From Cycas panzhihuaensis (lineage: Eukaryota; Plantae; Cycadophyta), in contig CM041465.1 in NCBI GenBank assembly GCA_023213395.1, positions 93,255,741 to 93,319,740 on the forward strand: 64,000 nt of DNA, read 5' to 3'. This document shows positions 13,830 to 27,559 of this stretch, in pieces. Numbering within the stretch: the first letter of the stretch is position 1; each line of letters starts with the position of its first letter. The notes beneath the pieces are model-generated. The model was not told the origin of the DNA and made no database searches. It saw only the letters and a program-made list of their open reading frames with translations. The position numbers and the translations under genes are program-made.

Positions 13830-16800
13830 AAAAGGTTGAAAAAACTACTATTTATGAGGATCCTCATCACACCATTTCTTTGCTTATTTTAAGTTGGTAT
13901 TTCAGCTTTTATCTACAAGTTTTTTCATCAATTTACCATAGACTATATCAGATACTAAGCTATGTAGGTGGAGGAGCTTCCTTAAAATATATGTGTAGGT
14001 TGGAGAATGCTTAGAGCAATTAGAGGAATCCCCCCTTTCATTTATTAATTCTTCTTCTCAAAATGAAAAAGAGCCGATTGCATAGCCATTACATTACTAA
14101 AATTTCCCCAGATAGCTACAAAGGCTAGTGACTTAAAGTAGTTTTAAAATTAGTTTCTAAAATATTTAATTCCAATCATAATTTTTTTCTATCACAGGCA
14201 TATCCAACAAGCAAAAATATTATCATAATTTTCCTAGAAATTAGTTATATATGCATGTTTACCTAATCTTATTTTGAAAGTGTTGGTGATTCAAAAAATT
14301 ATAGATAAAAATTACTTGAAAAGTAGGGTAAGATTAGATATTTAGAACATTATTCTAAGTAATTCTCAAACCCTTCCTTTCATAGATTTAATTTCAAAAA
14401 TAAAAAATACTTTAAAATGTTATTCTATTTCGTAGCTTTTTTTTTTTTTTAAGAAGGTCAAGAAAAGAGTTTTCTGCTTATTGTATATCCATTGTTGCTT
14501 GTCCATCTCTTGCCTCACATGTAGGGTTTCATTTAAAACAAAAAGCTTTATTAAAAGAAATAAAAAAGAATGTTTGAAAATAAGCTTTCTCTTTAATATA
14601 TTATACTTGCATTTTGATAGGTATCTTTTTGAAGGCCTAATGAGAAAGAGTTTTGTATTTGTTATGAGCCATCGAATCTATGGGGCTACATTTTTATTTA
14701 TTAGTTTAGATTGTTTATTTCTTATATGTAACTAAAATTGCATAATTAGTTACATTTAAATAATTTATTATATTCTTCTCTTAGTCTCTTACAGGTTTTA
14801 AAGTCTTCTTTCTAATGAAAAAGGGGGATAGTCCTTTTTCTACTTGGGTTTCATTATTAGATGAGAGGGATTATCTTATGCCTTTAGGTATTAAGTCTTT
14901 GATCTATATTCCAAATAGGCCATTGAAAGGTACTTATCTCTACCCGATGCTCACATGAGTGGTGTTGATAGTCAAGTGAGTTTTATTTGTCCTATTGAAA
15001 GTGTTGACCTCTTTCTATATTATCTTCTTTGAACTTGAGGTTTATTGGAATTATATGTAGGCATCGTTGAGTTACCTTACACTTGTGTGATCACCATCAT
15101 CGATAGAATAGTTCCAACTAAATTATCTATGAGTAGATCTATCCTATTGTCTTGATTCCTTAAGACCTCTCATTTGAGGTAGTCCTTTCCTTGGTTCTTT
15201 TAGATTAAGCTCATCAAGTTAGGTTTATTTTAGAGTCAGGGTTAAGTTAGATTAATTTTCTTGGGTGGGTATAGTTGTATAGGATAAGCATGTAATTATA
15301 TAGGAGTTTTTATCCACTTGTACTCGATCAACTTCCTTATAATGTAAGCATTATTTTTATGTTATTTTGACCTTTTGAGGGAATTGTCTATCTTGTTTGG
15401 TTGATATTATCTCGAGCTTTATAGTTGATTTTAGTTCACCTTCTTATTTGATGAACAAGTTGCCTCATTTGCTTACTTATATTACATATTTTAGTTGTTA
15501 TTTAGTTTTGTTTATTAATTTAGTCTCTCTTTATTTTCTTTTTTCTCTAGCACATAGAACACACATGCACATTGCCTTTAGATTAGTCTAGCAACCACAT
15601 TGGAGATCATCTCTACACTTGTATATAAGAGGCATATGAGCATCCCTCCCTACTTTGATCCTTATTTTCCCTTAGAGTCTATTATAGGGTTATGTTTATC
15701 TATCCTCTTCTCCTTCTTGCCTACATTCAATAGCAACCATACTAAGGACTTGCCAGTAGGATGTTAGTTTTGTATTACATTACTAGTTCCTCTTCTTTTC
15801 CTTATTTGAGCCCTTCAAGATAAGGTGAGACTCTATTTAGTTCATAGCTCATCTTTGTGAGGATCCCTCATACTTGTCTTATAACTTTAGGTTTTAAGTT
15901 ACCACAAGTTTAGACCTTCTTTATTTTTCACTTTTGCCTCTTGTATATGATGATTTTCTCATTGTCTTAGAGGCCTTCCTTTATCTAACTCTAATATTTC
16001 ATATCTATCTAGTCCTTCACTTGTTGATCACTCCTTAATAATAAGCCAAATCCTACTTGAGTAGTTTATAGACCCTCTTTAGGCCTAACCCCTATGCTAA
16101 TCATAAAAGCTCTACTAAACTCAAGATCTATACTAAACCCAAGATGTATACCAAGCCTACACATAGGATTAGTCTCAAGCAACTAATCCTTATAGGTAAT
16201 AGCGACCTTATTAAGAAATATACCTTATTATGATATAAGTCTCCCACTTATATCATTAAAGATACCTAACTCTATGACCTTTCTTAAACCCTTGAGTTAG
16301 TGGCTTAACTCTTTGCTTATGACCAAACCCAAGAGAGTGAGTAGGTTCTTGACCTACTTCAAGTCTAAACCATTCTATTTGATATTATAGCTAGCTTTAA
16401 ATCATAGTTTAAAGTGGTTGTAGCAATAAATCTTACTCTACCCCAGGCTTAATGTTTATTTGGGACTACCCCTATATTTGTCCCATCTATTTTCCTACCA
16501 TAACATCAAGTAGCCTCATAATAGTAGGTCGATTTGCAATCAATAGCATCATGTACCCCTCCTCCTATCCAACCCCCATCGATGGTCACCATATCTATGG
16601 GTCTTGCTTTGATAATAATGCCCTAGATTACTGAGCTAATTCCCTAACCTATTTAACCCATCCCACTCATTATCCTACTTGTCCCACTAATAAGTAGGCT
16701 TCACACCTCTATTCCATAACTAATTATTATATGGACTACCCTTATATCCCTAGTTCTTTGTCACCTTCATCTAATACGATTATTAGGGATGCCTCACCTC

Positions 16801-19800
16801 CCTCCATGTCTTGTCCATTCTATCTAACCCATCCTATAAATTAGCAAGCCCACCTTCATCCCACCTAGGTACATCACCAAAAAGTAGGGATATAGTGGGC
16901 CTCATCCTCAACCTACCTTTAGAGTTGATTCACTCCACCGTATAAGGTTGACCTCTTAATTAGAGGTGCATATGTATAAAATCAAGTTCTACATCCTCCA
17001 TCTCATCCTTTGCCATTTTGCCAAATTATACTTATAGGTGCTCAACCATATATACCATCCTCCCAAGATATAGATCCCAAATTCATGTTCATTTACTAAG
17101 GTCCATCCAGTGTTATCAAACTTGACCTAGGCCTATATCTATCTTATTTCATATAACTATTCCTTAGGCAGCAACTATATAGGTTGGTGTTCCTTATCAA
17201 TCCCTCTCCTATGATAACCCAACTTATGGAGGGCCTTCTTTATATATACACAACCTCTATGACTAAGTGACAACTACTTATTAAGTTGGAGCCATCCTTT
17301 AAACCATTATACCATACCAAGCCTATTAATAAGGGTATACACCTTATGTGAGGACCCAAACACTACTAATTTATCCATCCTAACTAATCTTTCCACTATT
17401 TAATCCTCTAGCTCATCCTAAGCTATGCCCCTTCATTGATTATAGGACTAGCCCACTCTCCCTTAAGGCCCTTAAAACTAATTTGTCACCTCACCCCCTA
17501 AAAGAACCCAAGTTTGAAGAAACTTCATCTAAAGGCCCTAGAGATCATGTTAAGGCTTTTGTTTTGGTATATATTTATTATTGGTCATACATACATATCC
17601 TAATGAAGCTCTTTCTTAAGTCCCTCTAAGGTGACACCTTAAGTGGTTTTACCATTTATTGTACCACTCCATCCATTGCTTTTAGAAATTGATAAGCACC
17701 TTTATAAACTACCTTGATGTGTCATTCCATTTTGAGAGTAGGGATAAAGCCTTACTCTTTGTTAAACAAGGTCACAATAAGCTCAAATGAGAATTCATAT
17801 GTCATTTCCATGATTTGCTCCACTCACGTAAGACTACTCTACCTAAAGACTTAAAATGGGATATCTTTGTTAATGCTATCTATCCTAAAGTTCATGAAAA
17901 AGTGCTTAAGATGGGTGCAACTACATGTGACTTAGTAATTACCAAGTGTTTTACTCTAGAATCTGGTAAGATCCAAGCAAGTCTAAAGAAGTTCAACAAA
18001 ACCCCCTCTCAATGAGAGGCACTGCCTCTACAATAGGACCAAATGCTCTAATCATAGACTTTAAGGCCTCCTATTAGAAATGTTGATAGGACCATGGACT
18101 CCCTGACCTTTGCACTTCATTCTTTCAACTAAGTACTAAATGATTTAATGTTGCAACCATTCTAAAGCTAAAATAATCCACTTTTTCCCTTACATGGGTA
18201 TAGGTTGATTTACCAAGTGACCCAAGCCACTTTCTAAACTAGAGATAGAACTCCTACCCCTCCTTAGGATAAAAAGAATCTATACCCCCCTCTCTTGAAA
18301 GGAGGTGGTGTTTGATAAGTAAACCTTATACCCATGATGATGCAAATTGCTAGACCCAATATTCTAAGTAGGTGCTAGCATAAGATCCTCCTCCTCAAAC
18401 TACATCCAAACCTAACCTTGAGTATCCAGTCCATGAGGACCCCTTCCTAAATAATAAAGATTTAAAACCTCAAACCTAATAATAAATATAGCAAGAAAGG
18501 GGATGACCCTAGCCTCAAAGAAGGCTACCACCTAACCCTTCTTTGAACTAACCAAGGCTCAACCTTAGACTTAGCTAAATAACTCTTCCTCCAAAGAGTA
18601 AGAGTCTATTAAAGTTACCTAACATTATAATACCAAGGGCAAGAGAGTCATCTAAATGCTTGACATAACTCAAGTATTCACCATGACTCATGCTCAAGTT
18701 GCCAAGGAAGTTGAAGAAGCTTCTACTTCTCAACAACTATCTATTAAGCCCAACCAACTTAGATCCATATCCTTCCCAAGATAATCCCTATATGCCCTTG
18801 TTGATATGACTTTATAAGGGAACTCCCTCCACCCATGGGAAAGGGAAATTGTTCTTTATTATTGAGGAACTCCATATAGTTTCTATAGTTATGTCCATGA
18901 TGAATGTCCTATAAAGCTACCCTAACCAACAAAATCTACTTCTAGAAGTCCTAAGGCATAAGGAAGTCCCCATATACATAGTTAACCCCATGCCAATTAA
19001 CTAACCTCTCATCATATATGATCCTAAGGATATGTTACTCCCTAAAAAGCATGAGCACCTTTGGTAGTATCCTTTCACTATAATCATCAAAACCTTAGAG
19101 TTTGCCCTTAAGAGAACAGTGGTAGATAATAAATCTTTTGTTAATGCCATGCCCACTAAGATGCTTAAAGCACTTAGCATTAAGGCCCTCAAACCTATTC
19201 TATGGAAGTACTAAGGGTATGATAAGAATAAGAAAGAACCCTTAGTGTAGTCACCCTTACTCTTATCCTCAAGGATAAAACCATCCTCATTGACATTGTA
19301 ATCATTAATATTAATATGGATTATAACCTCCTTTTGGAATTACAATGGTTGGATCATATGTGGGTAGTCTACTTTTCTTTATGGGGCCACCTAAAGTTTG
19401 TCTATAATGGAAGAGTATACATTATCGCATGTGAACCACTACCCTTTTGTTCATCCAAACTCATCATTCAAGCCATCTTTGATATAGAGGATAAGGAGAC
19501 ATTTGAACAAGACCCCTCCCTTAAGGCTCTTTTCAAATATTAGGGCCTATAGTTCAATGAAGATCCTCCCTTTTTTAGACCAAATATGATTTATTTCACC
19601 CTAATTAGTGTGGGTAGTAATGGACACTTAGTTGTACTTTGTGATCCTAAAACTAATCATGATGATCAAGTGCCTCTTGCACCTTTAGAGACAGTGATTT
19701 CTCTAACCTAAGGAGATTCATCCTATGCAAATATCCCTCTACCATTTGGTCCTTCTTTAAGTACCTCTTCTTCACCCAAGCTCCAACATGACCCTCTAGA

Positions 19801-22800
19801 TGACTGTAGAATTATAACTTTATCCCATTTATCTTATAGGGTATCCCCTTTATAGTGAGCTTGGATTACTCACCATGCTCATAAACTCATCCACAACCAT
19901 CACCTAAACTATTCCTAAGAAAGTGATAAGCCACAATTTATAGATCCACCCTCTTCTCAGCCTACCATCTTATCAACCTATCATGTAGAGGTTCCTTGGC
20001 TCATTGCCTATTTTAATGATATGTTTAGGATCTTTGAGAACTCCCTAAGTGAGAGAAATTCCCCCATAATTAATGAAGACCTTACCTCTCCCCCATCATG
20101 AACCATCAACATGGTTCACCATGTTTGAGATATTCTTAATCTAGTTATTATTCAACTCAATCCAAATTAAGTTCTCTTAATCTATGATTCAAACCCAAAA
20201 TCTAATTCTACCTTCTCACATGATGAGTTCATCATCTATGACTCCCTCCTATCTCCTTATTTTGATGAACTAATAGGCCCTTTTATGTTAGATCTAGAAC
20301 CAGAAACATACTTGCCTTTCCTTCCTATAGACCATCTCTCTATAGAATTAGAGTGTATATGCCATGGGTACTAACACTTGAGTTTCTTGAAGGAACCCGC
20401 CAGCTTCTTTGAGTGACCATTTGATCAATGTATGAACCCCCCTATCAAAAGCTCAAAGCCACCCACGTAAGCCAAAGTCATTAAAAGCATTAATTACTTC
20501 AAGAATGATGAAGCACTATTGGAACACCTTATAGGAGAATCCCCTAGCCTTCCTCTCAATTACCACAAGTTAAGGTTTTAGAAGTGTCTTTCCATGTGTT
20601 CCCTTTTAGTTGAGTCTACTCTAACTCAACATCCCTTGAACCCATATATTAACCAATCCCCTCTTCATTTTGAGGAGGGAAATATTCTCCTTATAAAAGA
20701 AAACATTTATTCCACCTTAGCCATTAGCAAAGTTATAAAGGTTGGAGTAGAATACTCTCTTGAAGATGTGATTTAATATACAAAGCTCTTTTAAAAGTTC
20801 CAATATGTCTTTACATAGGACTACATAGACATGAAAGGTATCGGCCCTGAGATCGTGACCCAGAACCTCACTACAATCCTTGGAGCTAAGCCTATTATGT
20901 AAAAATAATTCCCTATCCATCCCAAGCTTTAAACTATCATTAAGATGGAGATTAAAATACTCCATAATATAGTCATTATTACCTTAATTGACTACCCTTG
21001 ATAGGTATCTAATATCATCCTAGTTACAAAAAAGAATGGGGCTATTCATATTTGTATAGACTTTAGGACATAAATAATACATTCCTTAAGGATAACTTTC
21101 CTCTCCCATCCATAGAGCAAATTATTAATAGGATGATAAGATTTAAGGTTATTTCCTTAATGGATCAATTTTTAGGATATAATCAAATTTAGATTTCACT
21201 TAAAGACCACCATAAAGCAGCTTTCACCATGCCCTAGGGTACCTTTGCCTACAAGTCCATTCTCTTTAACTTAAAAAATGCTGGTGTAACCTACCAATAA
21301 GACATTTGGTTTGTTTTTTATGGCCCCATTAATAAGATTTTTAAGGTATTCATGGATGACCTATTGGATCTATTACAAAACAAGAAGGACCACCCAACTG
21401 ACCTCAGAAAATTCTTATTAAGATGTAGGAAATATAATGTTAGCCTTAATCCACATAAATGTGTATTTGTGGTCATGGTAGGGCAGCTATAAGGCTTTCC
21501 CATTTCTCTAAAAGGGATCCAAGTTGACCTTGATAAAGTAAGAACAATATTCGAAATACCCTCACCCTAAACCTAATAAAAAATTAAATCCTTCCTAGGG
21601 CAATTGGTTTTTTTACTTTGTTTGTTGGTGAATTTCACCATGCATGCCAAGCCTTTAACAATTCTCCTTAATAAGGAGAATCCTTTTGTTTAGACACTGA
21701 TATGTCAGGATACCTTTCAAGAGCTTAAATAAGGCATTATTTTAGACCCCATCTTAGCTCCTCCATGGTTTGATTGCCCATTTATCTTATATACATAATC
21801 CACAAATGAGTCAATTGGGACTATGCTAGCCCAAGAGTTTGACCTTAAAATTAAGCATGTTGTTTATTTCATTAGTTGCACCTTGATCGCTACTAAAATT
21901 AATCATACTAAAAAGAAGTGTCTTGTCCTTATGTTTTTTGTTAAAAAATTGAGGCATCAACTCTTAGGCAACACGACCAATATCACTATTCAAATAAATC
22001 CCTTGCATGTCTTAAAGACTAAATCTAACCTAATTGAAAGATTGAAATTTTGGGTTGTTCTTCTATAAGATTACAACTTTTAAATCATTAATAGGAAGTC
22101 CAAAAGGAGGATGGTTATGATAGAGCAACTTGTTGATGCACCCCTCCCAAATCCCACAAATGTACTTATTAATGATTCATTATCAAATGAAGTTATTTTA
22201 GCTTTGGAATGAATTAAGAGCTAAGGGTTAATTGATGACAAGTGGTATGGTGACATTATTCACTATATCACCTCCTAAACCTACCTTAAGAATGTGAGTG
22301 GCAAGGTTGAACAACATATAAGAGCCATAACCCACCAATATTTCCTTATTCAGAATGTACTATATAAGTGATTATTTGAGGAAGTGCTCCTCAAATGCAT
22401 CAATCCTAAAGAAATGATCTAATTCCTCTATAATTATCATGATGGTATCTATGGAGGGTGCTTTGGAAGGTAGTCTGTGGCCTAGAAGACCCTACAAATG
22501 GGCTTCTTCTAGTCTATATTATTTAAAGATGCCCATGCATCTTTCTAAAGGTGTAGGAAGTGCCATGAACACTCTAATATAGTGCATTGACCTTTAGGAG
22601 CTCTCTATATAATCATGTCACCTTGGCTTTTCATGCAATAGGGCTTAGATTTGATTGGGGCTATCATGCCCTTATCATCATCACAATTGATTTTGATAAT
22701 AATAAAATATTTTATAAAATAGGCTAAATCCATACCTCTTTCATCAATAATAGGTAAAATAATCCCCATATTTCTATTCTAATTAATAATTTACTACTTT

Positions 22801-23400
22801 GGGGTTCTTTACATACTAATCATAGATAACAAAATCCCATTTTGCAATAAAAAATTTAATGAGTTATGCAAAAAGTTTTATATTAACCATGAGATCTTAT
22901 TGCCTTATTACCCTAAGGCAAGTGGGTAAATCGAGGCATTTAATAAAATCCTAATATTGATCCTTAAAAAGGTCGTGTCCAAATCTCAACAAGATTAGCA
23001 TCAATAATTTTATCCTACTTAATGGGTTTATTATACTTCCATTTAGATTACTATAGGTTTGATGCCCTTTTTGCTTGTTTATGGGTCAAAAGTAGTCCTT
23101 TCACTTGAGATAGAAATTCTATCCCCAAGGGAATCAATAAAAGATTTTATTGATGAAGAATCACATTGTAAAATATGCCTACTTAATTTAGAAGCTCTAG
23201 ATGAGAAATGACTTGTTGTGTATTAAATAATTTGGCTTCTAAAACTAAAGCTCAATGAGCCCATGATAAACATCTATGGAATCAATAATTTACCCCAAGA
23301 TACAAAGTCTTGAAACTTAAATATTTGTATGATCACCTCCAAAAGTTTACCCATAAATGATTTGATCCTTTTATCAATTTATAAAATCTTTCAAATAGAG
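13830..23400 (+). mobile_element. Old, degenerate Tat-like Ty3/gypsy related to the 30826-47549 element; 3'-truncated late in integrase
   Basis: TTCA-A-TAGCAACCATACTAAGGACTTGCCAGTAGG at 15726-15760 matches the LTR end and PBS of the younger element. ORF 17815-18015 aligns with its gag (LFVNA.HPKVH..VLKMGATTCD). Protease ~19000-19450, RT and RNase H ~20900-22150, integrase ~22240-23400. 13830-15729 is presumed LTR. Confidence 0.85.
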
Positions 23401-23409
23401 CACTCTTTG

Positions 23410-25953
23410 TAGCTTACCCCCCACTAGATCATGGGTGTCACCACACCATTAAGCTAAAAAATCCCCATGACCCTATCAGTCTTTGGCCCTATAGAAATTC
23501 ATATTTTTTTAAAAATAAAATAGAAAAAATTATCAATGAGCTAATGGAAATGGGGATAATCCAACCTAATAAGAACCTATATGTTGTCCTTGTTATATTA
23601 GTTCAAAAACAAGATGGATCCTTTAGGATTTATATAAATTATTATAAACTCAATAAAATAACTATAACAAATAAGTTCCCCACTCTAAGAATTAATGATA
23701 TATTAGACAAAATTTATGGTACTATAATTTTTACCAAATTAGATCTCTAATTAGGATACTATCAAATAACTATTGCACCTGAAGATTGATAGAAAACTGC
23801 CTTTTGAACACACTATGGCTACTTTGAGTTTCATGTTATGCCTTTTGGCCTATGTAATATTTTAGCCACTTTTTAATTTTTAATGAGCAAGGTGTTTGCC
23901 CCATAGCTTAGGAAATTTATTATTATTTTGTTTAATGATATTCTCATTTATATCATAGGTATGCCCATTTATGCTCATCATTTAGAAATAATTAACTTTT
24001 GGTAAAACCAATTATATGCCAAGCTCTTTAAATATGAGTTTGGTAAGTATAAACTATAATACCTTGGCCACATTACCTCCATATAATATGTTTGGGTTAA
24101 TTCTAACAAAATATCAATCATTACGAACTAGCCAACTCTTAAAAGCCTTACCTAGTTATATGCTTTCTTAGGACTTACTAGATTTTATAGGCGGTTCATC
24201 CAAAATTATATAGCCTTAATAACTCCATTAACTATTTTAGTTCAAAAAATTTCTTTCTAATGGTTACTCATTACTATTAATGTCTTTAATCATCTTAAAG
24301 AAGTCATATCCTCCACTTTGGTTTTGGCCACACTAAACTTCTCTCAACAATTCCAACTAGAGTGTAATGAATCAAGCTTTGGCTTGGATATGGTACTTAT
24401 ATAAAACCTATTTAAAATTATGTTTAAAAGTTAAAAGCTTAAAGACCATGGATGTAGGTTGTTAATGTACTAAATAGAAATGAAGTCTATATTCCATACC
24501 ACTAAAAAATGGCATCAGTATCTCATAGGATTAAAATTCACAATCTTAATCGATCACCATAGCCTCTATCACCTATCAAACCAACTATTTTTGTTAAAAG
24601 AATAAACTAAATAGATTGAGTACCTCTAAGTTTTTGACTTCATGGTCATTTAAAAGAAAGGCTAAGACAATGTAGTGGTAGATACTCTTTCTTGCCTCTC
24701 AATTCATCCCTCCCTCATTCCTTCATATGAATCCTTCATTCATACCATCCCCACATCCCATCCCACATGGGTATATGACCTAGCTATGGATAATTAGTCC
24801 TAATCAAATTGTGTTAAATGGGCTAACAACGTGCATATCCAAAAGAATTAGTCCATACAAAACAACCTTCTTTTATATAAAAATTGCATACTCATCCACC
24901 TAAACTCCAACTTTATTAATCAACTCTTATTATAATACCAATTTACTCCATTAGGAGGCCATTTAAGATTCAGCAAAACACACCAATAAATTTGTTTTGA
25001 CTTCCTCTAGCCATACATGAAATCATCCATTCTTACATTTATTTCAAATTGTGACACATATTAGTATAATAAAGTCAACACTAAAGCTCAACCATGTCTC
25101 TCACAACCACTTATATTTTATAAGAAAAGTGGCAAGATATTTACATGGATTTCATTATAGGTCTACCTTTATCTATTAGGTATGACTCCATATTAGCAAT
25201 AATTGACTAATTAACAAAATTACGTGTACTTTTTATCAATTCACACTTCATATAAAGTATTACATATCACAGATCTATACCTCTAAATAATATTCTATTT
25301 ATATAAGTTTCTATTAACCATCACGTATGATTGAGATACGCAATTCACTAGTTCTTTTTAGTAAGAACTCTTTCAAGCCTTAGGTATGTCATTCAAGACA
25401 AGTTCTGCTTATGACCCCCAAATAAATAATTAATCAAAAGTTCTTAATAAAACACTGGAGACTTATATTATTTTGTATTTAAACACCAGGCAAGATGGTC
25501 ATCATGGATAGCCCTTGTAGAATACTAGTATAATTATTATTACCACTCAGCTATAGGAATGTCCCTATTCATATCCCTTAATGATTACCCTCCACCATCC
25601 ATTATATGTTAGCTACCAACCTTTGCATCATAGTCATACAATATAAGTTATAACATATAGAATAAAATTTAAACACATTTTAAACACCCTTAAGCAAAAA
25701 TTAACTAAAACGTATAATCAAATAAAGTAATTAGTAGATAATCATCATTCAGATCAATCTTTTACCACTAATGATCTTGTGTTTCTATGCCTTTAACCAT
25801 ATAAGCAATAATCTCTCAAACATTAGAGGAACCATAAGCTCAATCCTCACTACTATGGCCTTCATAAAGTTCTCCAACGTGTTAGTGAAGTGGCCTATGC
25901 TTTGAAACTCCCATCTAGTACTAAGATTTATAATATCTTCTATGTTTCCTATT
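23410..25953 (+). pseudogene. Second chromovirus-like Ty3/gypsy pol remnant (RT, RNase H, integrase), Chromo-2
   Basis: ORF 23544-23750 (KQDGSFRIYINYYKLNKITITNKFP); YFEFHVMPFGLCN; FLGLTRFYRRFI; WQDIYMDFIIGLP; KLNPHYYG...VAYALKLP...IYNIFYVSY. Confidence 0.92.
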
Positions 25954-26309
25954 TATTAGGGATCCAAATCCTAACTTGCCTTCTGTTATATTCTCTTATA
26001 TATTTTACTTCTTCTACTTCTTCCCTCTTCTTACTATCCCATAGGCATAAGTAGAAGGTTGTGTAGTAGTCATCAAGCACTATATATATTTATGTAATAT
26101 CCCACATGCATAAGGAGGAGGTTGTATAGTGAGCATAGATCCATATTAATATTTATGCAATCTTTAGAGTAGGGTATCTAAAATATCATTGTTATTGCAT
26201 GTAATTGGGAGGTTTCCCACTCAAAGGGTATTATAATACAAGTGCTCTTTTAGAGTTATTTACATATTATATTGGTGTGCAATTGTTATTAAAGAGTGGT
26301 ATCTTACTA
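25954..26309 (+). repeat. LTR of family 'A', copy 2, in 5' position
   Basis: TATTAGGGATCC...GGTATCTTACTA; homologous to 13518-13829; followed by AG and the PBS TGGTATCAGATCC at 26312. Confidence 0.85.
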
Positions 26310-27559
26310 AGTGGTATCAGATCCAAGACCTAGGTTCAAATCTTGTGGGGACAATACCACTTATGGGGGCAGCAAGGTAACGCGCCAAACATCATCGATA
26401 TGTAAAACACCATCGTATTTAAGGCTTGTGGGGCACATGAACACTGATGAAAGTAGGGTTATGCGAGGCTAGCCCATTTGACATGAGGAGAGGTAATGGT
26501 ATACTTGGTAGGGAGCCCTTTTCACTAACACCTCAAGGTTTTAGTGTAACAGTTTGTTATAAGTGGTATCAAAGCTAAGACCTAAGTTCAAATCCTGTGG
26601 GGGTAACATCGCTTATGGGGATGGCAGGATAACGTACCAAATATTGATGATGTACAAAATGTCATCCTAGCTAGGGCCTATGGAATACATGAATACCAAT
26701 GAAAGAAGAGCTAGTCCATTCGACCTAAGAACAGGTAATGGTCTACTTGGTAGGGGGCCTTCTTCACTAACACCTCAAGGTTTTGGTGTAATGATTCATT
26801 ACAAGTGGTATTAGAGCCAAGACCTAGGTTTGAATCTCATGGGGGTATTACTTCCTATAGGGGCAGTAGGATGACGTACCAAATATCATTGATGCATAAA
26901 GCATCATCATAGCCAAGGTCTATGGGGTTCATGAACACCAATAAAAGCGAGGCTAGGTAAGGATAACTCATTCGACCTAGGGGGAGGTAATGGTCTACTT
27001 GGTGAATGGCCCTCTTCACTCACACCTCAAGGTTTTGATGTAATAGTTTATTACAAGTGGTATCAGAGCCAAGACCCAGGTTCAAATCCTGTAGGAGCAA
27101 TGCCACTTATGGGGATAGTGGGGTAATACACTAAATTTCATCAATGTGTAAAATATCATCGTAGTTTGTGCCTATGGGGCACATGAATATCAGTGAAAGA
27201 AAATCTAGGTAGGGCTAGCCTATTCAACCTAAGGAGAGATAATGGTCTATTTGGGTGGGGGACCTCTTCACTAACACCTCAAGGTTTTGGTGTAACAATT
27301 CATTGCAAGTGGTATAAGAACTAAGACCTAGGTTTCAATTCTATGGGGGCAACGCCACTTATGGGGATAGTAAGGTGACATTCCACACATCATTAATATA
27401 CAAAACGTCATCATAGCTAGGGCCTGTGTGATGCATGAATGCTAGTGAAAGTAGGGCTAGGCAGGGCTAGCCAATTTGACCTAGGGGGAGGTAATGGTCT
27501 ACTTGGTAGGGGGCCCTCTTCATTAACACCTTAAGGTTTTGGCATAATAGTTTGTTACA
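26310..27559 (+). repeat. Tandem array of five ~252-bp TRIM-like units (PBS, ~170-bp internal part, PPT, ~68-bp mini-LTR)
   Basis: tRNA-iMet-type PBS (TGGTATCAGAGC consensus) at 26312, 26564, 26806, 27058 and 27310 (periods 252, 242, 252, 252). Purine tract AGGGGGAG(G) precedes each GTAATGGTCTAC...GTTACA segment. Confidence 0.92.
27036..27089 (+). promoter_or_regulatory. Putative Pol III type-2 promoter (A box and B box) spanning the mini-LTR end and PBS; representative copy
   Basis: A-box-like starts at 26542, 26784, 27036, 27288 and 27540; B-box-like starts at 26333, 26585, 26827, 27079 and 27331; constant 43-nt offset. CpG-restored consensus is TGGCGTAACGG and GGTTCGAATCC. Confidence 0.7.

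Larger units (their letters stand above)
25954..27559 (+). mobile_element. Composite non-autonomous LTR insertion: LTR-A plus a five-unit miniature-element array, flanked by a 5-bp TSD
   Basis: CTATT at 25949-25953 and CTATT at 27560-27564 flank T(A)TTAGG...GTTACA termini. Confidence 0.85.

Noticed and set aside
13518-26309. The two LTR-A copies as paired LTRs of one 12.8-kb element
   Set aside because: Copy 1 has no PBS after it, copy 2 has a PBS after it and no PPT before it, and copy 2 has its own TSD.
27030-27100. Genuine tRNA gene, tRNA-derived SINE, or Cassandra 5S segment
   Set aside because: No convincing acceptor or anticodon stems (the PBS occupies that position), no A-rich SINE tail, and no 5S-like sequence that I could recognise.
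26310-27559. CRISPR-like array or ordinary satellite
   Set aside because: Whole 252-bp units are homologous, with no unique spacers and no cas genes; PBS, PPT, a CA terminus and a TSD indicate a retroelement.
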